A stretch of 64,000 nt of DNA, taken from the IMG/VR virus record IMGVR_UViG_3300028393_000035, positions 33,492 to 97,491 of that record. One strand, given 5' to 3'. Within the stretch, counting starts at the first letter, position 1. Every line of letters starts with the position of its first letter. The notes under the pieces were generated by a model, which was not told where the DNA came from, searched no databases, and saw only the letters and a list, made by a program, of their open reading frames with translations. The position numbers and the translations under genes were made by a program. The DNA is from a virus. Shown piece by piece: positions 9,245 through 19,068 of this stretch.

Positions 9245-11109
9245 TACTGCCCGCCTTGAATCGCTTTTGCTTTATTTATAATTTTATTTATCGGCAGGTT
9301 TCCCGGACAGTCTGGATGATCTCCGCCTCTTGATCCTAATTCGCCGTGTCCACAAATTCCATTTGTTGTAGACCTAACAAGCGGAATGTTAAATTTAGTA
9401 GACCAATAGGCAACCCATTGAGCAGATTTATTAATTTGCGCATCTGTAAATGCAGATACACTTTGACTTGCATATCCTATATGCTCAATTCCTAATGAAT
9501 CTTTTGATCTATACCCGCAATGATGAGCTTGATTTTGATCATTAACAAAGCGAGCAGAGTTACCTTCATTATCAACTCCAACATGAACGGAAATTCCTCG
9601 ATTTGGTATGCCGTGCGCAGTCGCCCAATCACTTCTTCTCATTAATCCATCTTTCAAGTTTCGCAAATCTGCCGTTCCAGCAATATTATCAGTTTGAGTA
9701 ACATGCAAAACAATAATTTTTGGATTATTATTTGATTCCCAATAATTTAAACCGTCTCCATTTTGAGGAATTGGAAGACTTATATGCTCAGGCTCTGAAC
9801 CCGGATTAGAAGCTGTTGCAACAGGTCTTAATGTGTTAACAACATCTGCAATAGTTTTTGCAAATACTAACTTGCCATGAGTAGTTGGATGAGGCTGATT
9901 ATTTGGATCAATTTCTGCTTTTGAAGCCCAATCAGCAATTGACAAATTAGAATGTTTTGAATGTGCTTCTCTAATTGCTTCATTAACATGATTATTAGTT
10001 GTTACAGTAACAAAAACTGCTTTTCGATTAGATCCAATATTAGCCATCGCTTTATCAATAGATCTTAAAAAGGTAGCTTTAGAATTATCTTCATCGTTTG
10101 TACCAAGTGCAACAATAACTATTCCGCCAAGAGATAATTTATTATTTTTTAAGATTTTTAATCCAGAATCTCCGCCCATAGTCGAAGATCCATAACCATC
10201 TGGACCCCATGCCATATGTTTTGAATTTTCTGCATAAATAGTAATTCCCGGCATTGCAGCTTCAAGTTCGGTTCTACTCATGTTAGTAATACTGTCTCCA
10301 ACCATGGTTACTCCTGTTCCAGTAACGCCGTTAGAATCAGTGCTATTGCTAAGTAATTTACCGTAATCTCCATTGCCAATAATTTCTCTAACGAATTTGG
10401 CAATTTCTTCGTTAACGTTTTTATTATCTTTGGCAAATTCATCAAAAAGTTTTCCTACTATTTGAGATATGTTATTAGGAAGTGATTGAATATAAATATT
10501 GTCATTGTTCCAACCACCAATTTCGTTTAATACGGCATAAAGTAAATACCCAATGCTAGAATCATTTACATTGGTTGATTTAACAGCTTTACTGATTTGA
10601 GAATCTGTGATGACACTGGCAGTACCGCTATTTCCTGCCCCGCCTTTTTTAACAACTCCATTTCCTCCTAATTGCCAACCATATTGACTCATAAAATCCA
10701 TAACAAAAGGAAGTCCCGGATCAAAATATGTATAGTTTAATCGTTTAAGTGTGCAAGAAGCAGTTAACCGCGCAGTACCCGGAAATAGTTGAACATATGG
10801 AACGGTATCGCAGTAACCAGTAAAAACCTGAATGGGTTTACCTGCTATGCGTTCAAAGATGACTGTTATTGGATCCATTGGATGGAAAACTGGCCCAATG
10901 TTTCCATCTTTTTGAACTCTTTGAGTAAACAAAAATCTTGGTTTTCCATCTTGTAAAACTTTGGGATTGCGAAATACAACGTCTAAAGAACTAAGATCGT
11001 TTACTTTACGCTGAACCCTGCACTCTGTAATGTGAGGACTTAAATCAACAACACCAAAGTCTGTTTTTACCCAAATCTTTACTGATGGGCTATACACTAG
11101 TCTTTTCAC
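9244..11109 (-). CDS. Hub N-half paralogue 1 + SGNH hydrolase + amidase_2
   Basis: Shared N-terminus (GTG start). SGNH blocks VGDSIT, LGTND, QPHPT; amidase motifs IVLHVT, SVHVGVD, SLGIEH, GHGEL..HPDCPG. Confidence 0.8.
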   Translation of the reverse strand: MKRLVYSPSVKIWVKTDFGVVDLSPHITECRVQRKVNDLSSLDVVFRNPKVLQDGKPRFLFTQRVQKDGNIGPVFHPMDPITVIFERIAGKPIQVFTGYCDTVPYVQLFPGTARLTASCTLKRLNYTYFDPGLPFVMDFMSQYGWQLGGNGVVKKGGAGNSGTASVITDSQISKAVKSTNVNDSSIGYLLYAVLNEIGGWNNDNIYIQSLPNNISQIVGKLFDEFAKDNKNVNEEIAKFVREIIGNGDYGKLLSNSTDSNGVTGTGVTMVGDSITNMSRTELEAAMPGITIYAENSKHMAWGPDGYGSSTMGGDSGLKILKNNKLSLGGIVIVALGTNDEDNSKATFLRSIDKAMANIGSNRKAVFVTVTTNNHVNEAIREAHSKHSNLSIADWASKAEIDPNNQPHPTTHGKLVFAKTIADVVNTLRPVATASNPGSEPEHISLPIPQNGDGLNYWESNNNPKIIVLHVTQTDNIAGTADLRNLKDGLMRRSDWATAHGIPNRGISVHVGVDNEGNSARFVNDQNQAHHCGYRSKDSLGIEHIGYASQSVSAFTDAQINKSAQWVAYWSTKFNIPLVRSTTNGICGHGELGSRGGDHPDCPGNLPINKIINKAKAIQGGQ

Positions 11110-11114
11110 GATAA

Positions 11115-12029
11115 TTAATTTCCGTTTGCGTCTGTTAAATCAAATTGACTATTAATTCCAATTTGTACACCATTTCCACGATGGTTGATTTGTGCGCCCG
11201 TAAAAGCTGTATCTGATATGCCACCGTTTGCGCTAATGTGCTTACCATTACTGATGGCATCGTTATATTGACCCTGAAGAATATTTTTTCTAATTTGAGC
11301 GCCATTTTTTGCTCCAAAGTCATCCTTGCGAAAAAGAGTCATCCAGTCCGTAATTTTAGATCCTGAACTTAAATCATTACCAAAAATGCCTTTATTTCCA
11401 TCGGATTGGGCAATAACAAAATCAATGGTAAATTGAGGAGCAAAATTAAATTTAGTTCCGCCAGCAGCAATAGACTTAATGTAACCCTCTAATTGCATAC
11501 CCTTTCTTGCACCCTTTTGATTTCTGGGTCGTCCCTCTACAGACCGTGGATTCATAATTAATGTTACGGTAGGAAGGGGAATTGTTGAATCGTCGCCATA
11601 ATGTTTTAAATAAAGATTTGATTTTTCACTGGCATTTGATTGAGGTCGTATATCACCATTCACATTTAAAGCTTCTGAATGAGATTCTCTAACAAAAGCG
11701 GCTAATTTGTTATACTCTCTTTGATTTGGCATTATTCCAGCCATTTTTAAAATAGGTTGATCAAATGAATGAGGGTAAAATTCTCTTTTCCAACGACTTT
11801 GACCAGTGCTACCAGTCATAGAAAAATCAATTGAAGCTTCTTCTACCCAAAGGTTCAAGTATTTATTATTTGTTTTAATAAGTCGAACGGTCCAATTATC
11901 TAATTTATTAGGATCGACATCGGGCGTACTAACTGCATATCCTGTGTCAACTCTAGGACCAGCTTGCCTATTTAATTTAGCTGCATTCTCAGCAGAATAA
12001 GGAATGGGATCAATTGGATTATTAGCCAT
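11115..12029 (-). CDS. Tail/baseplate protein (tube-initiator-like)
   Basis: Start moved to MANNPIDP (12029) because the longer ORF overlaps the upstream gene by about 300 nt; position between tape measure and hub. Confidence 0.55.
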   Translation of the reverse strand: MANNPIDPIPYSAENAAKLNRQAGPRVDTGYAVSTPDVDPNKLDNWTVRLIKTNNKYLNLWVEEASIDFSMTGSTGQSRWKREFYPHSFDQPILKMAGIMPNQREYNKLAAFVRESHSEALNVNGDIRPQSNASEKSNLYLKHYGDDSTIPLPTVTLIMNPRSVEGRPRNQKGARKGMQLEGYIKSIAAGGTKFNFAPQFTIDFVIAQSDGNKGIFGNDLSSGSKITDWMTLFRKDDFGAKNGAQIRKNILQGQYNDAISNGKHISANGGISDTAFTGAQINHRGNGVQIGINSQFDLTDANGN

Positions 12030-12810
12030 TATTTTTATTGTCCTCAGATGGAGCTTTTCCATCACCGTTTTTACCGTTTCCAGTATTTTGAAACGCAGCG
12101 TTATATGCAGGTTTAGACCAATTGGCTCCCAATGCCTCCGTTGCTGCTGCACCGCTTGAACCGGGAAGCCAAGATTTAATAAACGAGTTATATGGGCCAT
12201 TTGCACCACTAAGCTCGCTATAATAATCTTGAGTTGCGCCAGCCTTATAAGCCTTGCCCGTGTTAGGAGTTGTCCAAGGGTTAAATTGATGAAATCCGAT
12301 ACGAGCCGTAGCGGTTCCAAAAGGTTTAAAACTAGGATCATCGACTTGAGCTTGAGCTTCTGTTTTAATTAACTGCTCAAAACTTTCTGGACTTTCAACA
12401 ACTGCCGCGCTAATACTCCAAGTAGGAGCAACGACATCTTTACCATACCTAAATCCGGGCGCTGATTTAGGTTGAATAAGAAATTTCCAACCGCGAGCTG
12501 GATATTCAAAAGTAACAGGTGTGGTATCATAAGCCTGTGTTTTACCCTGAGTGGCAAGCTGCATGTAGGAAACAAACCATTGATAAATTGTTTCCATTTT
12601 ACTGTATGATGAAATGGTTCCTGTGATGGTCATGTCCTCAATAAACATTGAAAGAATTTGAACAACTTCGCCGCCAAAAGTTTGATAATTTTGAGTATTT
12701 AATCCATAAGACCAAACAATAGAATCAGGGTTGACTGATAATTTTAAATCAGGCAAAGCTTGAGTTGGATGAGAAAATATAATTTTTGCAGTATTAGCCA
12801 TTATTATCAC
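12022..12810 (-). CDS. Tail tube initiator/baseplate protein
   Basis: VNPDSIVWSY...TFGGEVVQ...MTITG pattern; immediately after tape measure. Confidence 0.6.
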   Translation of the reverse strand: MIIMANTAKIIFSHPTQALPDLKLSVNPDSIVWSYGLNTQNYQTFGGEVVQILSMFIEDMTITGTISSYSKMETIYQWFVSYMQLATQGKTQAYDTTPVTFEYPARGWKFLIQPKSAPGFRYGKDVVAPTWSISAAVVESPESFEQLIKTEAQAQVDDPSFKPFGTATARIGFHQFNPWTTPNTGKAYKAGATQDYYSELSGANGPYNSFIKSWLPGSSGAAATEALGANWSKPAYNAAFQNTGNGKNGDGKAPSEDNKNNG

Positions 12811-14681
12811 GTATTATTTTTTCCGCCGCCGTCTTTTCCTTGAGCGTCCTTAAGTCCCCTAGCAGCTTGCGCAGCAGTGTCTAATGAATTAACCAATTTA
12901 TCAAAATTGTCTCTAGATATGTCTTGTTTATTATCTGGTCCGCGAGCTTTGTCTAAATCTCTTAATAATTTCTTTTCCCAATCAGCATTTAATATCCAAT
13001 CGTGTCCTCCGCGTCTGCGATCTTTAGCAACTCCGGAGGTTACCAAATCCCTTTTAATTTCCTCCATTTGCTTAGGATCTTTGATTCCTGCACTCTTAAG
13101 AATTTTATTAATTTCGCTCTCGTTGGCCTGCTTTCCAGACACTGCGGGTAAATCATACCAACTTCCAGAATGAGTTTTAATACCTTTAACATTTGCAATT
13201 ATTTCGCCGTTTTTATTTTTATTAAAATATTTTGATTCTGCTTTATCAATTGCAGATCTTTGCGGCGCATAATCAATAACATTTTTTATTTCTTCGGGCG
13301 AATAACCTTGAAAACCATAAAGATTAATCATATCACTAATTGCTAATTCTCCGGGTTTAGAATTTAAAAATTTGGAATTAACCTGTCCAATGGATTTACC
13401 AGTTAAATTTTGAAAAACAGATCCCATGGCGGATGTTAAAGCCCGTTGTTGTTCCGAAGGGGACATAGCGCCAGCTTGATAAGGCATGTAACCCATTTTC
13501 ATAACTTGCTGTTGCGCCATGGGGTTATTCATTAGCGTTTGCAAATTTTTTGTAGGATCTATTCCCGGCATTGTGCGAGCCAATTCCGCTCCTTGAGGAA
13601 TTGAATAAGCGGACGATACGCCTGATTGCCCTGCAAGTTGAGCATATGCTCCAAGTTGCTGTGTTAATTGTTCAGTCGAAACATTTGCACCTGCTGCTAC
13701 TGCGTTAAGATTATTAATAGTGCGAGTCAAATGAGCCACTTCATTTACGTTTCCAAATCGCAAAGTTTGATCTAATAGCGCACCCGCCTGCTGAGGTCTA
13801 ATTGAAGGATTAAAACGAGTAATGTTTTCTAATGCCATTTCACCTGTTTTAAATTGATTATTATTAAAATTAAATCCCATTCCCATTAAAGTGTTATCTA
13901 TTTCTGCCATTTGCTGCATATTAACGCCAGATCGAACAGCCTGACCCATTTGATGAAACTTCATATCCAACCCTTTTTCAAAAGCGCTATTAAAAGGATT
14001 TCTAAAACCAAACCCTCCAATTTCAATATTGCCGCCTACTTCACCACCAATTTGAGTTGCCCCATAATTTGATAAACCCTGCATGGCGCGATAAGTAGGT
14101 TGAACGTATTGCTGAAACATCTTTTTGCCAGCTTCGTAATTAGGAATGACCTCATTGGCAAAAAAGTTTGCTCTGCGGCCAGATCGTATATATGCTTTTT
14201 GCTCATCACTATCTGGCTCAGCCCTAGCCGCCTTTTCTAAATTTCTAAGCATTGCTGCTTTAGCTAAGTTTTGAGCAGTAATTCCGCCTTTTAATGGACC
14301 AAAGCTAGGAGGAATAGTATAATATTGTTGACCAAAAACGTCTTCAAAGGGTTTATCGCCGCGCAAACCGGCTCCAACTCTACCCAAAAGGCTTTTAGCA
14401 TCTGAAGCATGCTTGGATGGTCCATCACCAGCGCTTACCGGAGCATCTGGTGCTGTTGCCTCTTCCCACCTTTTCCAACTAATATCTTCTGCTTGCTTAG
14501 CTCTTTTTTCATATCCAAAGGTACTGGCACGACTACTAGTTAAATCATCAAACCTTTTTCTTTCACTGCTCTCAGTAAACCGTGCAATTAGGTTATCTAA
14601 CTCAGGGCCGCCCAAAGCCTGTTTAAGTCCCCTTTCAACGGCGGCTGCAATTTCATCAATATTTGGATTATCTTCGGGCAT
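12807..14681 (-). CDS. Putative tape measure protein
   Basis: Helical Ala/Gly/Gln-rich 624-aa protein downstream of the tail chaperones. Confidence 0.6.
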   Translation of the reverse strand: MPEDNPNIDEIAAAVERGLKQALGGPELDNLIARFTESSERKRFDDLTSSRASTFGYEKRAKQAEDISWKRWEEATAPDAPVSAGDGPSKHASDAKSLLGRVGAGLRGDKPFEDVFGQQYYTIPPSFGPLKGGITAQNLAKAAMLRNLEKAARAEPDSDEQKAYIRSGRRANFFANEVIPNYEAGKKMFQQYVQPTYRAMQGLSNYGATQIGGEVGGNIEIGGFGFRNPFNSAFEKGLDMKFHQMGQAVRSGVNMQQMAEIDNTLMGMGFNFNNNQFKTGEMALENITRFNPSIRPQQAGALLDQTLRFGNVNEVAHLTRTINNLNAVAAGANVSTEQLTQQLGAYAQLAGQSGVSSAYSIPQGAELARTMPGIDPTKNLQTLMNNPMAQQQVMKMGYMPYQAGAMSPSEQQRALTSAMGSVFQNLTGKSIGQVNSKFLNSKPGELAISDMINLYGFQGYSPEEIKNVIDYAPQRSAIDKAESKYFNKNKNGEIIANVKGIKTHSGSWYDLPAVSGKQANESEINKILKSAGIKDPKQMEEIKRDLVTSGVAKDRRRGGHDWILNADWEKKLLRDLDKARGPDNKQDISRDNFDKLVNSLDTAAQAARGLKDAQGKDGGGKNNT

Positions 14682-14691
14682 ATAAATCTTC

Positions 14692-14720
14692 TTGATTATT
14701 AAGGGGTCGTATGTTACTAT
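14692..14720 (+). promoter_or_regulatory. Sigma70/SigA-type promoter for the antisense moron gene
   Basis: TTGATT-17 nt-TACTAT, 9 nt upstream of ATG 14730. Confidence 0.6.
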
Positions 14721-14729
14721 CTAACTACT

Positions 14730-15047
14730 ATGAACACATTTGAACATCAAGCTATTAAAACAGCGAAAGCATTTAGCATTGAAGGAGAGATAAGTTGGAG
14801 TCAACTTATTATTCTTTCACCTATTATTATACCTACCGCAATTGTTTGGGGAATCCTTGATTTTGTATTTGGCACTTTGCCAGATATGCTATTAGGTTTT
14901 GAACCACCATCTTCTCAACCAAAACGAACTCCAGAAGAAATGCAATTACTTCATCAGAAGTATCTTCAAAAGCAAGAAGCACTTAAGCAAAAGAGAATTG
15001 ATGAAATTAAAGCAGATCTTTGGCCTGAAAAATACTCTAATCGATAA
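14730..15047 (+). CDS. Small membrane protein (moron-like)
   Basis: Hydrophobic stretch LIILSPIIIPTAIVWGILDFVFG followed by a coiled coil; has its own promoter; opposite strand to the tail operon. Confidence 0.6.
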   Translation: MNTFEHQAIKTAKAFSIEGEISWSQLIILSPIIIPTAIVWGILDFVFGTLPDMLLGFEPPSSQPKRTPEEMQLLHQKYLQKQEALKQKRIDEIKADLWPEKYSNR

Positions 15048-15258
15048 CCCCAACTTGTTTAAGTTCACGCATTAATTTATTAAAATCAGACGTACTATCT
15101 GGAACAACATGCTCTAATTCCTCTTCAGGGGCGTATTGAGCCTCTTCTCCAAATAGTTTACTATACAGTTGAGGGTTATTAGCAAATACGTTATTTTTTA
15201 ATTCATCTTCTCTTAATTCATGTTGCATTTGCTCATCGCGCTGCATCATATACATCAT
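15037..15258 (-). CDS. Tail assembly chaperone T portion (expressed as G-T fusion via -1 frameshift)
   Basis: This frame is open from the slippery heptamer at 15393-15399 to the stop at 15037. Confidence 0.75.
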   Translation of the reverse strand: MMYMMQRDEQMQHELREDELKNNVFANNPQLYSKLFGEEAQYAPEEELEHVVPDSTSDFNKLMRELKQVGVID

Positions 15259-15800
15259 GAGTCTGCGTTGAACGGAATTAAGTCCTCCGGACCTTCCTCC
15301 AGATAATCCATTATCTCCGCTTCCGATGTTGAATCGGCCCTCTTTATCGAGGAGTCGGGCGAGGCCATAAAGGAAATCCGACCCTCTTTCGATAAATTTT
15401 CCATTTCTCTTAAAATGGATTCTTGTCTTTCTATTAATTCTACATATTTCATATAAATGTAATTAATGGTAGGTTCATACCAATTCTTGCTTACATACTG
15501 AAATCTTGCTCTAGCAAAATCCTTCTTATTAGGACCAGCTTGAGGACAAAAGTCTTCATTTCCGTCAACAGAAATTAATGCCATACCAACTTGAGCAGCG
15601 ACCCAAGCCTTGGCCTGAGAGATAGAATCTTTGTAGTCCTTAGCTGCATAACCTGCAACCATTTCATCTTCAAGTTTTAATGTGCGAATCACAAATTCGT
15701 GACCGCAAAACTCAAAAGAATCTTCTAAAAACCCTAGCCATAAAAGACCATCAACGTCATCAGCGACTTCATCAGGGAAGCCGTCATTACTTTCCATCAT
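15255..15800 (-). CDS. Tail assembly chaperone G
   Basis: Between tube and tape measure; contains A-AAT-TTA slippery site. Confidence 0.8.
   Translation of the reverse strand: MMESNDGFPDEVADDVDGLLWLGFLEDSFEFCGHEFVIRTLKLEDEMVAGYAAKDYKDSISQAKAWVAAQVGMALISVDGNEDFCPQAGPNKKDFARARFQYVSKNWYEPTINYIYMKYVELIERQESILREMENLSKEGRISFMASPDSSIKRADSTSEAEIMDYLEEGPEDLIPFNADS
15393..15399 (-). other. Programmed -1 frameshift heptamer A AAT TTA
   Basis: XXXYYYZ heptamer in the correct frame (GAA AAT TTA); -1 frame open into the downstream ORF. Confidence 0.75.
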
Positions 15801-15860
15801 AAAACACTCCTTTAACTTTCCGCCTAAACGGAATCTTACTTATAAATTAAAGGACGGATC

Positions 15861-16478
15861 TTAAGTAAATGACGTAGTTGTTGAGTTACTGACTCCACCA
15901 AGATTGGCAGATCTAGTACCATCAACAACAGGGTTAACTCCACCGCGAGTCATGTAAGTGTAATTAACAGAAATTTGCTTAATGATTTCCATTGTACCGA
16001 CAGAGATACGCTCACCATCAATAACATTAGAAATAACGCAGTTGTGATATTCTTCTGTATAAGGAGCCATTTTCTTGCCGCGAATTGCAGGTGGGCGAAC
16101 ATACTTAACGATACGGATAGGATTAGGAGTATTAGCTACTGCACGGAAGATTCCAACAATATCAACTGGACCCTTGCCAGTACCAGTAATTTTAGAATCG
16201 CCACCAAGATAAGATGCAAGGCGTTCCCAAACCTGCGCTCCATAAAGTTCATAAAGCTCAAGAGTAATCTGACCCATATTAGCAGCCTGAGGAGTAATAA
16301 GCTCAACAGGATAAGGCTCATCCATTGGGTGAATTGGCACGGTAGGAGCGACTGGAGTAGGAGAGGTATGCTCAATCTGCTGAGCAAAAAGAATTGGCTT
16401 GTTTTCCCATGTGAAAACGGTAAAACCTGAGCCTGCTACTCTTGCGCGATTTTGTGCTCCATTAAGTGGTCCAGCCAT
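15861..16478 (-). CDS. Tail tube protein
   Basis: Follows sheath; size and beta-rich pattern (GQITLELYE, YHNCVI, ISVNYT). Confidence 0.8.
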   Translation of the reverse strand: MAGPLNGAQNRARVAGSGFTVFTWENKPILFAQQIEHTSPTPVAPTVPIHPMDEPYPVELITPQAANMGQITLELYELYGAQVWERLASYLGGDSKITGTGKGPVDIVGIFRAVANTPNPIRIVKYVRPPAIRGKKMAPYTEEYHNCVISNVIDGERISVGTMEIIKQISVNYTYMTRGGVNPVVDGTRSANLGGVSNSTTTSFT

Positions 16479-16481
16479 TTA

Positions 16482-18332
16482 TTATGCTCCTATATTTGTT
16501 TGGTTAGTCGTGGTAACCGAAGTAATTCCACTAGTTAAGTCAACGGCAAACTTGATATTTACATAATTAACTGCAAACGCTGGACGATAATTAAATCTAA
16601 TGCCGATTTGTGTAGGATCAATAGAATCAAACTGACCCTGAACCGAATCAAATTGAACAATAACGCCGTCATCTTGAAGAGTTCTAAGTGTTGATGCAAT
16701 AGTGGTAGCAATTGTAAGAGGTGCAGAATCGTCAGCAATAGTGCTACCAATAACTTGAGTATCAATTGTTTGACGAAGAGACCTGATCATGTAATGCTTT
16801 GCACGAATTGCATTAAGCTCTGCCTTGGCAACTGAAGTTTTATCAGTTGTTAGAGCGTGACGAACAAAGATTGAATTGTCATTTTTATTTTGTTCAATAA
16901 CAAAGAGTCCTACGCCTGAATCTTGAGTCTTCTGTGGCTTTGTGCTAGTGTCAACTATCTTCTTAAATCCAGCCAAAGTTTTTCTTGTCAAAGAAATTTG
17001 AGGTTCATAAGAAACAACCTTGCCTGCAACTGCTGCGGCTGCATACTGACCACCAAGAATTACTGAGGTGGTTGCGCTAGCTGTTGATGGGCGCTCAAAT
17101 TTAGTTTGAGCAATAAATACCATGCGCTCATTGAAACTTGTATTATTAGAAGTATATGCTTGAAGGCTTATTAGATGACTTCTAACAGTGTCTCTGCTTG
17201 CATAAGTGCTGCCCGATGGAGGATTGGTTGAATCTTCACCAATCACACCAATGATGAGTTGATCATAGTTTGAATCCATAAAGGCGATGTGACCTTGCAA
17301 GGACTGAAAAATATTTAATTGCGCCGTATCATTTAAAACTGAAGAGCTTCCAGTTCCATAATTGTAAGTTGCATTTTGTCCAATAACTGGAACAATGATT
17401 CCAATGTTTTCTTCATTTTGAAGCGCTCTAAACGTCTTGTTCCATGTGTTTGATGTATTTATACTGTCACTATTAGCTGGCTGAGTACGAGTAGGCATTG
17501 GACCAGTAATATCCTCAGTGTTATAAAAAAGTGGCTGAAGTACAAGGTCTTGAGCGCCATTTTCAATAGCAATCTTTGCAGCTAAAGTCAGTGGAGAGTT
17601 GACGGTCACTCCATCATCTGCAATTGCCTTACCAAAACGAGTTTCAATGTTTGAAAAATCGTTTCCAGATACATAATAAGGTGTAAAATAATCTGATGGT
17701 GTGTATGTATATGTTACATATACTTGACGATTATCAGGAATGACAAAACCGTATTTAACTTGAGAGCTAGCCGCTGTATGAACAGCCGCCGTAGTATTAT
17801 TTGCTCCGCGAGTTAAACCAGTAAATGTAATTGTACCGGCATTTAAAGTTGCAGAAGTGTACTGAATTTGTTCGTTATCTACGATAACCGCTCCGCCCGT
17901 GCTGGGGAAAGGACTTAACACAGAGGCGGTAGCCGTCATTGTAGTTGCGGTTGCGCTTAGTGTTGTGTCTGCAAGGGGAATGGAAGTAACCGATGCAACG
18001 CGAGCAATGGTGTGATCTGTAGCATTAAAAGTATAAGAACCCGGAATGTATCCACCGTTTGAAGTATAAGCCGCATTTGAACTTTGGGCGCTACTTGAAT
18101 CATAATCAGCTACAAATGTAATGCTTGTTGGGGTCATTAAATCTGTCGCTTTGACTCCTTTAAGCGAAGACGCTGTAGTACCGCTTAAAGTTACGGCTTC
18201 AGTGACTGTTACGCTACCACTAGCGGGTCCAACAAGGCAAAGTAAGTCGGGCGTAGCAATAATTGGGTTGATACCAGCCTGAGTAGTCTCAGTGATGGTT
18301 ACGCCGGGTGGTCTAATGTAAGCTCTGGCCAT
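16482..18332 (-). CDS. Tail sheath protein
   Basis: YIRPPGVTITE N-terminus; VRHALTT...ELN and YRPAFAVNYVNIKF C-terminal sheath motifs. Confidence 0.92.
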   Translation of the reverse strand: MARAYIRPPGVTITETTQAGINPIIATPDLLCLVGPASGSVTVTEAVTLSGTTASSLKGVKATDLMTPTSITFVADYDSSSAQSSNAAYTSNGGYIPGSYTFNATDHTIARVASVTSIPLADTTLSATATTMTATASVLSPFPSTGGAVIVDNEQIQYTSATLNAGTITFTGLTRGANNTTAAVHTAASSQVKYGFVIPDNRQVYVTYTYTPSDYFTPYYVSGNDFSNIETRFGKAIADDGVTVNSPLTLAAKIAIENGAQDLVLQPLFYNTEDITGPMPTRTQPANSDSINTSNTWNKTFRALQNEENIGIIVPVIGQNATYNYGTGSSSVLNDTAQLNIFQSLQGHIAFMDSNYDQLIIGVIGEDSTNPPSGSTYASRDTVRSHLISLQAYTSNNTSFNERMVFIAQTKFERPSTASATTSVILGGQYAAAAVAGKVVSYEPQISLTRKTLAGFKKIVDTSTKPQKTQDSGVGLFVIEQNKNDNSIFVRHALTTDKTSVAKAELNAIRAKHYMIRSLRQTIDTQVIGSTIADDSAPLTIATTIASTLRTLQDDGVIVQFDSVQGQFDSIDPTQIGIRFNYRPAFAVNYVNIKFAVDLTSGITSVTTTNQTNIGA

Positions 18333-18390
18333 AAGTAAATACTCTTTCAGAAATTATGAGTTAGTGAATTGAAGAAAGAAAGGTCTGGAC

Positions 18391-19068
18391 CTAAGTCCAT
18401 TCCGATCCATGCGGTAATCCGGTTGGTATTTTGTCTATACCCTTGATATATGGATATAGAAAAACTTTAGAAACATATTCGTATGAAGCATCTTGTGGAA
18501 GACTGTAAAACTCTCCCCAAATATCAACACGATAAGACGTTGAATAACTAAGATCGTTTTCTGCTCCCCAAGGAACAGGTGTTGAAGTTTCATTAAACCC
18601 TTGTATTCTATCAGCATTGATATTAATAAAATGACCAATTGAATCAGGAAATGCATCAGAGTCAGCAGGGTAAATTCGTTCAAAAAAGTTATTTGTATAA
18701 TCTGCAAGGTCGCCCATTGCAATAGTCTGAACAATGGTGTCAGCAATTAAATCCCGATCTAACGATGATAATGCATAAATCATGAATTCAATATTACCTT
18801 TATAAAAGTAATGTTTAAATTTCCAAACTTTATTATCGGCATCAGCAATTGCTTCTTCATGACCTACGCCAGCATTAAAAATTTCGCTTTCGTATAATCT
18901 AATTACGATTGCTGGAAAAGATTGCCTTTCTTTAGGCATATCAATAACAACTTTAGTTTCTTGTAATTTAGGATCTACATGTTCATGAAAAACAGGTTTT
19001 AATGATTCAACCAAAGCTGTTTTAATATAAGTCTTGTACTTAATTGTTTTTTCGGGTAAATAAGTCAT
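18391..19068 (-). CDS. Tail terminator/completion protein
   Basis: Position before sheath; FPAIVI and IYALSSLDRD pattern. Confidence 0.6.
   Translation of the reverse strand: MTYLPEKTIKYKTYIKTALVESLKPVFHEHVDPKLQETKVVIDMPKERQSFPAIVIRLYESEIFNAGVGHEEAIADADNKVWKFKHYFYKGNIEFMIYALSSLDRDLIADTIVQTIAMGDLADYTNNFFERIYPADSDAFPDSIGHFININADRIQGFNETSTPVPWGAENDLSYSTSYRVDIWGEFYSLPQDASYEYVSKVFLYPYIKGIDKIPTGLPHGSEWT

Noticed and set aside
6827-11109. Diversity-generating retroelement or invertible tail-fibre switch
   Set aside because: Paralogues differ at all base types, are direct-oriented and intact; no reverse transcriptase or invertase seen.
12030-12341. N-terminal extension of ORF 11115-12341
   Set aside because: Overlaps the upstream gene in another frame; ATG 12029 gives a normal short overlap.
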